Shown here piece by piece: positions 47,241 to 56,057 of a stretch of 64,000 nt of DNA; the first letter of the stretch is position 1; every line of letters starts with the position of its first letter. The notes beneath the pieces were generated by a model that was not told the DNA's origin, searched no databases, and saw only the letters and a list, made by a program, of their open reading frames with translations. The DNA comes from an uncultured virus (IMG/VR IMGVR_UViG_3300024509_000012) (taxonomy: Duplodnaviria > Heunggongvirae > Uroviricota > Caudoviricetes), in the IMG/VR virus record IMGVR_UViG_3300024509_000012, one strand, 5' to 3'. The position numbers and the translations under genes are program-made.

Positions 47241-47617
47241 ATATTTTTTAACCTATTAACTATATATAAATCAATTGGGATTTCTGATGACAACAGAGGC
47301 AAGTCAGAAATCCCATCAATTTTATCTGGCATATAATTTAAAAATAATAAAAATGTTTTTAATGATGACCAATATTCTTTTTCAACACCGAAAAATAATA
47401 TTTTTACTGCTGCGTCATGATTAAAAACATTAAATAAAATTACCAAATGATTTAATATTAATCGTTCTTTTAATATTTTTTTTGCTTTATATCTTTTAAA
47501 TAACTTTCTAAGATATTTAATTCGTTCTAAATCTTCTCGAAACTCTTTTTCATCTAATGCTACATTTTCATAATTCTTGATGCAGTACATCAAGAAATTA
47601 TTCTTATTCAGAACCAC
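47237..47617 (-). CDS. conserved T4-like hypothetical protein
   Basis: EF.EDL.RIKY...ERLILNHL..LFNVF...LKTFL.FL. Confidence 0.75.
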   Translation of the reverse strand: MVLNKNNFLMYCIKNYENVALDEKEFREDLERIKYLRKLFKRYKAKKILKERLILNHLVILFNVFNHDAAVKILFFGVEKEYWSSLKTFLLFLNYMPDKIDGISDLPLLSSEIPIDLYIVNRLKNI

Positions 47618-47618
47618 G

Positions 47619-47879
47619 TTACTGTATTTCTACACCCTTTGTTTTATAAGCATTAACAAAGTCCATAGCTAATTTCTTTGCTTCTGCTTCTTTATATTTT
47701 AAGAAAGGGTAATTGGCGATAGTTTTTGATGTGTTAGATTTCTTATTGTTTGCTTGAACGTGATAACCCTTTTGGCTTCTGAATACAACTAATTCTCCAC
47801 CCTTTAAGGATTTCTTTGTAATTTGTGAACCAGCTTCTTTAAGATATTTACGTTCTAAAATGTAACTTAGAAGACTCAT
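47619..47879 (-). CDS. hypothetical protein
   Basis: AAGGA SD; co-oriented. Confidence 0.55.
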   Translation of the reverse strand: MSLLSYILERKYLKEAGSQITKKSLKGGELVVFRSQKGYHVQANNKKSNTSKTIANYPFLKYKEAEAKKLAMDFVNAYKTKGVEIQ

Positions 47880-48057
47880 TTCTTTATCCTACTGTAAAAT
47901 TCTATCTGTATGATATTTATTTGCTGATAAATTTGGTTGTGGATTTATGATAATTTCTTCTTTTTCACCACTTAGTTTGTTATCATCTTTTTTTTGTTTT
48001 TTATTGATAACTTCTTTTACGGCGTCGATTAGTGTTTGTGGTAAATCTTTTATCATA

Positions 48058-48285
48058 TTACTTTTTGAAAATTCTTCTGTAATCGTTTGAGTCTAGTGGT
48101 CTAGAACCTTTTGTTTTAGCTACCTGAAGCATTCTTTCCATAGCTAAATGTAAGTCAAGATCAGATTTTGCATCTTCTCTTGCATATTCCATACAGCGAA
48201 TCATCAAAGGAACTGAAATCATAATAGCATCAATTCCTTGTACACCTTCTGATAAATTTTGACGAATTTCTTTAAATGATTTCAT
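48058..48285 (-). CDS. hypothetical protein
   Basis: MKSFKEIR N-terminus; VPL.IR..EYAREDA..D.DLH. Confidence 0.65.
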   Translation of the reverse strand: MKSFKEIRQNLSEGVQGIDAIMISVPLMIRCMEYAREDAKSDLDLHLAMERMLQVAKTKGSRPLDSNDYRRIFKK

Positions 48286-48297
48286 ATAACTATTTAT

Positions 48298-48729
48298 CTA
48301 TTCTGGTTCTTCTGTTGCTTTCTTTAACATCTTTTGTAAGTCACTAGTGGAACCAACGAAAACGTTTTGTTGTGTAATCTGAGTTTTGTTCACATGTTGA
48401 ACATTTTCTATTTTTGATTTAGCTGTATGTATTTCAATTAAATCTTTATTAAGTGTAGATAATGTTGATATTAGTCCAGATAAAACTTCATATGTTCTTG
48501 GGTGTTCAGTTTCTTTAGCTAATTCTAAAAGATCATTCAATGTTTCTGATCCTTTTAAGATTAGATTCATATAATTTTTACGAACAATTTCAAAATCTGT
48601 GTCTAATTTTTCATGTGAAGTTTCTTCTCCCGAGAGAATAACTTCTACTTGTTTTGGTTTCATAACTTGAGTATTCTCAATTTCTTCAGCTATTTCAAAT
48701 AGCTCAGTTAGTTTTTTATCTGAGTTCAT
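48298..48729 (-). CDS. gp16: terminase small subunit gp16
   Basis: DFE..R.N, EHPRTYEV, NVFVGSTSDLQKML. Confidence 0.88.
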   Translation of the reverse strand: MNSDKKLTELFEIAEEIENTQVMKPKQVEVILSGEETSHEKLDTDFEIVRKNYMNLILKGSETLNDLLELAKETEHPRTYEVLSGLISTLSTLNKDLIEIHTAKSKIENVQHVNKTQITQQNVFVGSTSDLQKMLKKATEEPE

Positions 48730-48763
48730 GTAAAGTATTTATTGTAAATATGATTACACAATT

Positions 48764-49132
48764 CTAATTATATTCAATAAGAGTCCATGCAAATTTAACT
48801 CTAGCTTCATATGAAGGGGTTCCAATACCATCATAAGTATATGCTACTGTTGATCCACTAGTCCAAGTGATAGTTGTGCCATTTGTTAGCACAGCTTGAA
48901 CACCAAGATATGGTAGTGGATATGTTGAACCACCATAACTTCCCCCTAAAGCTGGACCGACTTTATAATGACTAGCATTTTCTATTATTAAAAAAGCTTT
49001 TGAAGTGGTTACAGAAGTAACAGTTATAGTTCCTGTATGTGGTCCTGCTGCTGATGTATTTGTTGTGTCAACAGTGCCACGTTGAATAGATTTAATTCCG
49101 CCACCGCTTGTAAATGAACTTAAATTTGCCAT
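48764..49132 (-). CDS. tail-fibre-associated protein
   Basis: GIKSIQRG...W..IEY; directly downstream of the fibre gene. Confidence 0.6.
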   Translation of the reverse strand: MANLSSFTSGGGIKSIQRGTVDTTNTSAAGPHTGTITVTSVTTSKAFLIIENASHYKVGPALGGSYGGSTYPLPYLGVQAVLTNGTTITWTSGSTVAYTYDGIGTPSYEARVKFAWTLIEYN

Positions 49133-49148
49133 ATATTTATCCTATTTT

Positions 49149-51254
49149 TTATCCTAAGACCCATCTTGTATTTGTTCCATTCCAAATTAAATCAAAAGGA
49201 ACAGCTAAATCTATTGTCAGTGATGTATCTGTATTCATAATAGCATTTCCGTTTCCGGAAATTGTATAACTGTTAATTAAATTGCTTCCTGGAATAAACG
49301 AAATTCTATCACCATCAGATAAACTGGTATTTGGTAAAGTTAATGTTATTGAATTTGCATTAACTGTATAACCATATCCAACTGAAACTGAAGCACTAAC
49401 ACTTGTAGGAACATAATCTACAATTATTGTTTTATTTCCTTGTGGACCAGAAGAAATAACTCCAGAAATAGTTGGTGAACTTAATGTCGGTGTAGTTAAT
49501 GATAAAGATGATGCTAATTTAGCTGAAGTAACTGTACCGTTTCCAATTGTTGTTGATAATTGAACGTCACCTGATCCGTTAAATGAAACAGCAGATGCAG
49601 TAACATCACCAGTTAATGAAAATGTTCTACTTGTTTGTAAGACAGTTGCTGTTGCTGCATTTCCTGTGCATGATGCAGATGAACCAGTTACAGAAATTCC
49701 CCATGAACCTGAAGCATTTGTACCTGTTGTTGATGGTGCGCCAATTGTATTATAACTAATTGTTTGTGCAGCAGATCCATTAAAAGTTGAACCAGAAACA
49801 GCACCAGTTCCTAAATTATCAAATGTTATTGAATTTGTTGTATTTGCGGTAACTGTTCCAGAACCACCTAATGAAATTACAGTTCCATTTACCGTAATTG
49901 ATGAATTAGTTAATGCGCCATTTGGAATATTTGTTAGTGAAGCACCTGAACCTGAAAATGTTGTAGCAAAAACTGTTCCACTTGCATCTCTTGCTACAAC
50001 TTTGCTTGCTGTAGCTGCTGTTGTTGCATCAACAGCAATTGTTCTTGCAGCAGATCCATTATAAGAAGTTCCTGTTAAGTATGAGCCAAATGTTAATGTA
50101 TTTAAATTATTTCCAAGAGAAACACCAGAAATTGTAGATGCTGCTAATTTAGTAATTGCAATTGCTGCTGTTGTACTAATATCAGCATTTACAATTGAAT
50201 TTGATAATGATAATTTAGAATAAGCAATTGCGGCAGTAGTTGCGATGTCTGCATTTACAATTGAATTTGATAATGATAATTTAGAATAAGCAATTGCGGC
50301 ACCAGTTGCTATATCATTATTTACAATTGAATTTGATAATGATAATTTAGAATAAGCAATTGCGGCACCAGTTGCTATATCATTATTTACAATTGTTCCT
50401 GAAAGTGATAATTTAGAATAAGCAATTGCGGCACCAGTTGCTATATCAGCATTAACAATTGAACCAGATAATACTAATGTTCCAGATGTAGCTGGTAATG
50501 TAATTGTTGTAGTTCCAGCAATTGCTGTTGCTTGTAATGTTATTGTGCCTGATGTTGAACCTGGAAATTGTACACTAGAAATACCAGTTAATGCCAAATT
50601 AGCAGATGCTCGATTTAATGCAACAGCAGTAGATCCAATATTAACTGTAGAATTACCCAAAACACCAGATGGAATTGTTCCAGTTAATGTGCTTGCTGGT
50701 GTGGAAGAAATTGTAGCAGTAATTTGTGTTGAACCACTAGTTCCAAAAGTAATATTTCCATCAACGAATGTTAATGCTCCAGTTAAACCTTCTAATGATG
50801 TTACACCGGAAATTCCAGTTGCACCACCCCCAGTAGCACTAATAGTTATTGAACCAGTAGACCCTGTAATTGAAATACCAGTACCAGCAGTAATACTTGT
50901 TACACCAGTATTTGCTACAGTAAATGTATTTGTTGGTGATTCTGTAATTGAAATTGCAGTTCCAGCAACTAAATTACCAGAATGAAATGCTTTATAGGTG
51001 TTAATTAATAAGTTTGGACTTGTCCATTTTAAATTAGAACTAGTCTGTAAAACACCTTGGGTGCCGTTTGAAAACGGCACCTCCCCTGATGTTATTGCAC
51101 TAGATGTGTTGTATCTAAATAAACAAAATCCACCAGTAGTTGAACCATCATGAATATAGAGAGTTTTATCAGTTGTGTTAATTGTTAGTTCACCAACTTT
51201 ACCAATTAAAGTGTTCGCTGTGACTCTATTTTTTCTTAAAACTATATTACCCAT
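49149..51254 (-). CDS. tail fibre / adhesin with internal 22-aa repeats
   Basis: N-terminal GE.T..T...T..IHDG.T.GG (Mtd-N-like); G/S/T-rich; five IVNxDIxTxAAIAxxKL repeats. Confidence 0.8.
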   Translation of the reverse strand: MGNIVLRKNRVTANTLIGKVGELTINTTDKTLYIHDGSTTGGFCLFRYNTSSAITSGEVPFSNGTQGVLQTSSNLKWTSPNLLINTYKAFHSGNLVAGTAISITESPTNTFTVANTGVTSITAGTGISITGSTGSITISATGGGATGISGVTSLEGLTGALTFVDGNITFGTSGSTQITATISSTPASTLTGTIPSGVLGNSTVNIGSTAVALNRASANLALTGISSVQFPGSTSGTITLQATAIAGTTTITLPATSGTLVLSGSIVNADIATGAAIAYSKLSLSGTIVNNDIATGAAIAYSKLSLSNSIVNNDIATGAAIAYSKLSLSNSIVNADIATTAAIAYSKLSLSNSIVNADISTTAAIAITKLAASTISGVSLGNNLNTLTFGSYLTGTSYNGSAARTIAVDATTAATASKVVARDASGTVFATTFSGSGASLTNIPNGALTNSSITVNGTVISLGGSGTVTANTTNSITFDNLGTGAVSGSTFNGSAAQTISYNTIGAPSTTGTNASGSWGISVTGSSASCTGNAATATVLQTSRTFSLTGDVTASAVSFNGSGDVQLSTTIGNGTVTSAKLASSLSLTTPTLSSPTISGVISSGPQGNKTIIVDYVPTSVSASVSVGYGYTVNANSITLTLPNTSLSDGDRISFIPGSNLINSYTISGNGNAIMNTDTSLTIDLAVPFDLIWNGTNTRWVLG

Positions 51255-51279
51255 GTATTTACCTACTGGTGGATTTTAA

Positions 51280-51678
51280 TTAAACTGTAGCGGTATCAGC
51301 TACTTCGTCTACAAACTCAACATTATCTAACCAAGGTTCAAGTGAACTTAGTTCAATTGGAGTTAGCTTTACATCTTCTAAAAGGTTAATATCAATCTTA
51401 TGATCAAACTTAAAATCTACTTCTTCATTTAGAAGAGATGTTAAATCTGCAAAAAATTGCTGTTGATATTCATCCTTAATTTTTCGTGTTCCATCTTCTT
51501 GATCTACACCATACTTATCAAAAAGCTTCATTCTAGAATCTTCAAAATACTTTATTTCTTCCGCAAAAGCTTTTGCAATTCTGGTAAATCTATAAGACAC
51601 CTTAATTGGTAGCTCAACATTTAGTAGCTTGGCTACGACAGGTTCTGCATTCTTAATTTGTGCAAGTGATAGTTTCAT
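51280..51678 (-). CDS. hypothetical protein
   Basis: LPIK.SY...L..KYG motif; AAGGA SD. Confidence 0.65.
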   Translation of the reverse strand: MKLSLAQIKNAEPVVAKLLNVELPIKVSYRFTRIAKAFAEEIKYFEDSRMKLFDKYGVDQEDGTRKIKDEYQQQFFADLTSLLNEEVDFKFDHKIDINLLEDVKLTPIELSSLEPWLDNVEFVDEVADTATV

Positions 51679-51736
51679 TATTTTATCCTTTTCATTTAAT
51701 ATAAATTATGCTCTTTTAGACACATAGTTTCAAGTT

Positions 51737-52078
51737 TTATTTTACTACAATTTTTCCAGTTGTTGCACCAGAAAAAACTACTGTGCAACTATTACTAGTA
51801 TTTATAGTTACTGAAGATGGTGTAATTTGTACGTTAGAACCATTATAACAAGCAACTATAATATCTGATGTATTTAAATTATGATTAACAGTTACTGTTG
51901 TTTGAGCAGTAAATGTAACACTATATGTTCTATTTAGTGGGAATCCACCAGCAGTTGAACCATCATGAACAACTAAAACTTTTTTAGTTGTATCAACAGT
52001 TACTTCACCTGATGCGCCAGTAAAAGATGAATGCTCTGTTGTGGTTCCTCTGCGTTGTTTTATTGTAATTCCAGCCAT
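51737..52078 (-). CDS. short Mtd-N-like fibre-associated protein
   Basis: RRGTT.EH..FTGA.GEVTVDT.K...VVHDG.TAGG. Confidence 0.75.
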   Translation of the reverse strand: MAGITIKQRRGTTTEHSSFTGASGEVTVDTTKKVLVVHDGSTAGGFPLNRTYSVTFTAQTTVTVNHNLNTSDIIVACYNGSNVQITPSSVTINTSNSCTVVFSGATTGKIVVK

Positions 52079-52422
52079 TATTTTTTACCTAAAAGTGAAG
52101 ATACTGTTTTACTTTTTTGCCAAAACTTACAAGCCCAATATTTTGCCTTGGTTTTTGGTTTTGGAACTGAAGGATCATCACAACCATGTCTTGATCTAAA
52201 AGCTTTTCTTCTTTCTGGATTATCTCTTTTAATTGACATGTTTGGATCACCAAATTCAACTTTTTTGATATTTCCAGTTTTTGGATCTTTGACGTATACT
52301 TTATACTTTTTGCGATCACCCCTCATAGGTTTATTTAGAGGAGGATTTTTTTTCTTTTCCTCTTCAGTTAAGTCTTCTAATTCGTTTTCTAGTAAGTGAA
52401 AAAATTCTTTTAATGATAGCAT
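52078..52422 (-). CDS. conserved phage protein
   Basis: KKY.VYV......KKV.FGD.......P.RRK.FR.RH.C......A.YW.C..W. Confidence 0.7.
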   Translation of the reverse strand: MLSLKEFFHLLENELEDLTEEEKKKNPPLNKPMRGDRKKYKVYVKDPKTGNIKKVEFGDPNMSIKRDNPERRKAFRSRHGCDDPSVPKPKTKAKYWACKFWQKSKTVSSLLGKK

Positions 52423-52427
52423 GTTAG

Positions 52428-53279
52428 TTACTTCTTATGTTTCTTATTATACATATCCCATGCTTTAGCGTAAAGAACTTCTGTTCCTTTCTTTTCACCA
52501 TATTCTTTCTTGAATCTTGCTTTGTTTGACTTGATCCATTTTTCAATTTCTGGATCATTTGGTGACTTCTCTACAATAACACTATCACAACCACATTCAT
52601 TCAAACTTTCTCTAAACTCTTTAAATGTTTTCATTTTTGTGCCTTTTATGAATTGTTCAGATTTTGTTTTCCAAGTTCCACCTTTAGATTTATACCATTT
52701 AGCTGCCCATCCATTAGCATATGCTGATGGATAAACATCAAACTTTTGTTTAGCTAAAGCTTTTGCTCTAGCCCATAATTTAGCATTGGAAGGAACATTC
52801 TTTTCTTCTAAATATTCAACTTCTTCTGTTTTTACGTTTATTGGTTTATTTCCGGTTCCTGGTCTATCTGCTTGTGGATCTAATCTGCGCTTTCTTCTAG
52901 CAGCTTTTGCTCTATCTTCTTTACTCATAGAGTCTGCTTTTTGTTTGGGTAAACATTTTGGTTTACCTTCACCTTCTTCTCTAGCACAATCTCCTTTAAT
53001 TTCACCATCGGTTCCAATTCTAACCCAATTACCTTTTGGATCAGTTTTACTAAACCATTTACGCAAATCTTCATTAACATCTTCAGAAACTGAATCAGAA
53101 TTATATGTCATATAATCATATACTGTTTGAATATAATCTTCTGCCAAATCAATTTTATTTTGAACCCAACCTTCTAAGTCATCAGAATCAGAAATTTTAT
53201 CCATTAATGCTGCTGATAACTTAGAAATTTTTTCCAGTTGAGCTAATATCATTCTACCTTCAGCTTCTTCTTTGAACAT
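52428..53279 (-). CDS. multidomain conserved phage protein, probably virion-internal
   Basis: EDLRKWF, KPKCLP, KFDVYPSAYANGW; start placed at MFKEEAEG after AGGAG. Confidence 0.7.
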   Translation of the reverse strand: MFKEEAEGRMILAQLEKISKLSAALMDKISDSDDLEGWVQNKIDLAEDYIQTVYDYMTYNSDSVSEDVNEDLRKWFSKTDPKGNWVRIGTDGEIKGDCAREEGEGKPKCLPKQKADSMSKEDRAKAARRKRRLDPQADRPGTGNKPINVKTEEVEYLEEKNVPSNAKLWARAKALAKQKFDVYPSAYANGWAAKWYKSKGGTWKTKSEQFIKGTKMKTFKEFRESLNECGCDSVIVEKSPNDPEIEKWIKSNKARFKKEYGEKKGTEVLYAKAWDMYNKKHKK

Positions 53280-53313
53280 TCGCAAACTCCTTGAAATATT
53301 TATTAAATATTTA

Positions 53314-54711
53314 TTAGAATTTAAAATCAGAAAATTTATTTTTGAATTTGAATGGAGATTTAACAATTGTTTCTTCTAAATCATCTTCTTCATCATCATG
53401 TCCAGAATCAACTAAATCTTGTGCTGATTGATCGACATCATAAAGTTTCATTCTTGATCTATCAATACCAACAACAAACTTTCTATACATGGCTGGATCA
53501 TTATAACGATTTTTCAATTGCTTCACCATTATCTGATTTAACTTTTCAAGTTCCTCAGTACTAATAAGAGCAAACATTAAATCTGCTGTAGCTGGAAGAC
53601 CGAAACTTTCTGATGTATCTTCTAAACCAACATCTGAATTTGAATAACCTGAACGAGTGGTTTGTGTTGCTGTAACAATTGGAACTGAATATTCAACAGC
53701 TAAACCACGAATCTCTTCTGCAATAGATTTAACATAAGTGTAACTATTTACATTAGAACCAACTTTAAGTCTTGAACTTGAACAAATATTTAGATAATCA
53801 ATAAAGATAATATCTGGAACAAAATTCTTTTTCATAGCTAATTCATTCAATAGAACACGAAAATGATTAGCATTAGCTGATGCGGTTGGATATTCTTTTA
53901 CAACAAATTTTCCAGTTGTTTTACTTCTAACTGCTGTTAACTTTTTGTTGAAATTATCTTCAGATAATTTTCTCATTTCAACAATTGGAACATTTAAAAG
54001 ATTAGAATCAATTCTTTCAGCAATTCTTTCTTCTGCCATTTCAAGTGTGATATAAAGGACATTCTTACCCATCATAAAAACTGATGAAGCCATATCACAC
54101 ATGAACAAGGATTTACCTACGCCAGTTCCAGCAAGAATAACAGTAAGAGTTTTTTCACTAATACCACCAGAAGTAATTCTATTAAAATAGTCTAATGCAA
54201 ATGGAATTTTGTTTTCTTTGCGATGATAAAATTCAAATCTTTCATCGGAATTTTCAAGATAATCATGACCAACATTTCTATCAAAAGAAACACCTAAAGC
54301 ATCACTGAGAAGTTTTGGTAAAGCACCTTTATCTAACTTATCATCTTTACCTTCAATAATATTTACAGACTTAATGATTGCATTATAAATTGCTCTATCT
54401 TTACAAAACTGTTCGGTCTTGTCAATTAAAAATTGTGTGTTGGTTTCGTCTGTGTCATTAGAAATTTCTTCTAAAGTTTCTTTAATAGATTCAAAGTCTC
54501 TCTCATTAATATTCTTATCGTTACTTACAAGAATAGCTAATGCTTCTTTTGTAGGTAAACTATTATATTGATTGAAATAGTTCTTCACATGAGAGAAAAA
54601 AATTCTCTCATGTGAATTACTAAAATATTCCTCTTCAATGAAAGGAATAGTCTTTCTTGTGAAATCATCATTCTTTACTAAGTTCTTCAGAATTATGTTC
54701 TCTAACGTCAT
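53314..54711 (-). CDS. gp41: replicative DNA helicase gp41
   Basis: AGTGVGKS, YITLEMAEE, IDYLNI, ATQTTR, SESFGLPATAD, QLKNRY. Confidence 0.96.
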   Translation of the reverse strand: MTLENIILKNLVKNDDFTRKTIPFIEEEYFSNSHERIFFSHVKNYFNQYNSLPTKEALAILVSNDKNINERDFESIKETLEEISNDTDETNTQFLIDKTEQFCKDRAIYNAIIKSVNIIEGKDDKLDKGALPKLLSDALGVSFDRNVGHDYLENSDERFEFYHRKENKIPFALDYFNRITSGGISEKTLTVILAGTGVGKSLFMCDMASSVFMMGKNVLYITLEMAEERIAERIDSNLLNVPIVEMRKLSEDNFNKKLTAVRSKTTGKFVVKEYPTASANANHFRVLLNELAMKKNFVPDIIFIDYLNICSSSRLKVGSNVNSYTYVKSIAEEIRGLAVEYSVPIVTATQTTRSGYSNSDVGLEDTSESFGLPATADLMFALISTEELEKLNQIMVKQLKNRYNDPAMYRKFVVGIDRSRMKLYDVDQSAQDLVDSGHDDEEDDLEETIVKSPFKFKNKFSDFKF

Positions 54712-54985
54712 TTAATGCATCATTCTCCATCTGAGATTTTAATAAATAAACTAAGTACTCACCAACAAAATCTGAAAATTCTTTATTAGATATAACTTCT
54801 TCAGAAATATTGTTTGGATTATCTACAACATTAATTTCAAATGAAAGTACATCATCCACTACTTCTAGTTTATCATACTTGTAGACTAAATTCAAGTACT
54901 TTTCATCTAAAATTTTAATAGCAAAATTATCTTCGCCATTAATTCTTACAATACTGACATTAAAATTATTCATCTCCATCTTCAT
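54668..54985 (-). CDS. hypothetical protein at the gp40-like position
   Basis: Lies between uvsX and gp41 as T4 gp40 does. Confidence 0.55.
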   Translation of the reverse strand: MKMEMNNFNVSIVRINGEDNFAIKILDEKYLNLVYKYDKLEVVDDVLSFEINVVDNPNNISEEVISNKEFSDFVGEYLVYLLKSQMENDALNDVREHNSEELSKE

Positions 54986-56054
54986 AATCCTCTTCTGTTT
55001 CTCCGGTTTCTACATCATTGAAATTCTTTTTCTTTAAACCATAATAAAATTCATTTCTAGCACATACATCTAATTTATCTAAAATATCTTTTGTAAAGAA
55101 TTTTTCTGGATTTTTTAGAATATGTTTTTCAAATGCTTGTACACCATTAACTTCATACTTATTTGAAACTTTTTTGAATAAACCATATTTCTCACCAAGT
55201 TCTAATAAACCATAATATGGATTCATTCCGGTTTCATAATTTAAACTAATTTTAATTTGAGCATTTTCTTTTGTTAATCTGCCTTTTTTATTAGTTACTG
55301 TGATAATATTACCTACAACACCTTGAGCATCTTTATCTTTTGCTTTTGAAAGGAAAAGAATTGATGATGCTGCATACTTCAAACCAGAACCACCCGACAT
55401 AACTTTTTGAGAAAACATTTTACCTTGTTCATCATATGTGTGATTTGTTACTACAAGAGGAATACCAGCACGTCCAAGTTTCAATGTAATTGTTCTGAAA
55501 GCAGCTTTAATAATTCCTGCTCTTGTCATATCTTTTGTTTCTGATCCAGCAACAGAATCTTCCATTTCTTTGGTTGTAGATAACATTCCTAATGAATCTA
55601 AAACAAACATAATAGGTTTACGTTCAGACTTAGATTGTGTTAGATACTTTTCAATAATTTTTAACATTTGTGTTCTAAATTCTTGAACTGTAGTTACAGG
55701 AATAATTGCTACTCTAGAAGTATCAATACCTCTTTCTTCTAGTGTTTGTTTTGTAATTGCAGATTCAGTTTCAAAATAAAGAACACCAGCTTCTGGATTT
55801 TGATTTAAGAAAAACTTACAAATATCTAATACAAGATAAGTTTTACCTGTTGCTTCTTCACCAGCAATTGCTGTGATTTTATTATCTGGAAGTCCACCAT
55901 AAATTGAACCTGAAAGAATTGCATTTAGCATATATGAACCAGTTGGAATGAAGCCGTTTATATCTCCAGCTTCAATTCCTTCTGATGCTAATGCAGCGTA
56001 ACTATTTCCTGTTGTTTTAACTAAATCTGTAAAATAATTATCTTTTTTTGCCAT
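54966..56054 (-). CDS. uvsX: RecA-like recombinase UvsX
   Basis: TGSYMLN, AGEEATGKT, LDSLGML, DMTRA, MSGGSG. Confidence 0.96.
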   Translation of the reverse strand: MAKKDNYFTDLVKTTGNSYAALASEGIEAGDINGFIPTGSYMLNAILSGSIYGGLPDNKITAIAGEEATGKTYLVLDICKFFLNQNPEAGVLYFETESAITKQTLEERGIDTSRVAIIPVTTVQEFRTQMLKIIEKYLTQSKSERKPIMFVLDSLGMLSTTKEMEDSVAGSETKDMTRAGIIKAAFRTITLKLGRAGIPLVVTNHTYDEQGKMFSQKVMSGGSGLKYAASSILFLSKAKDKDAQGVVGNIITVTNKKGRLTKENAQIKISLNYETGMNPYYGLLELGEKYGLFKKVSNKYEVNGVQAFEKHILKNPEKFFTKDILDKLDVCARNEFYYGLKKKNFNDVETGETEEDYEDGDE

Positions 56055-56057
56055 ATG

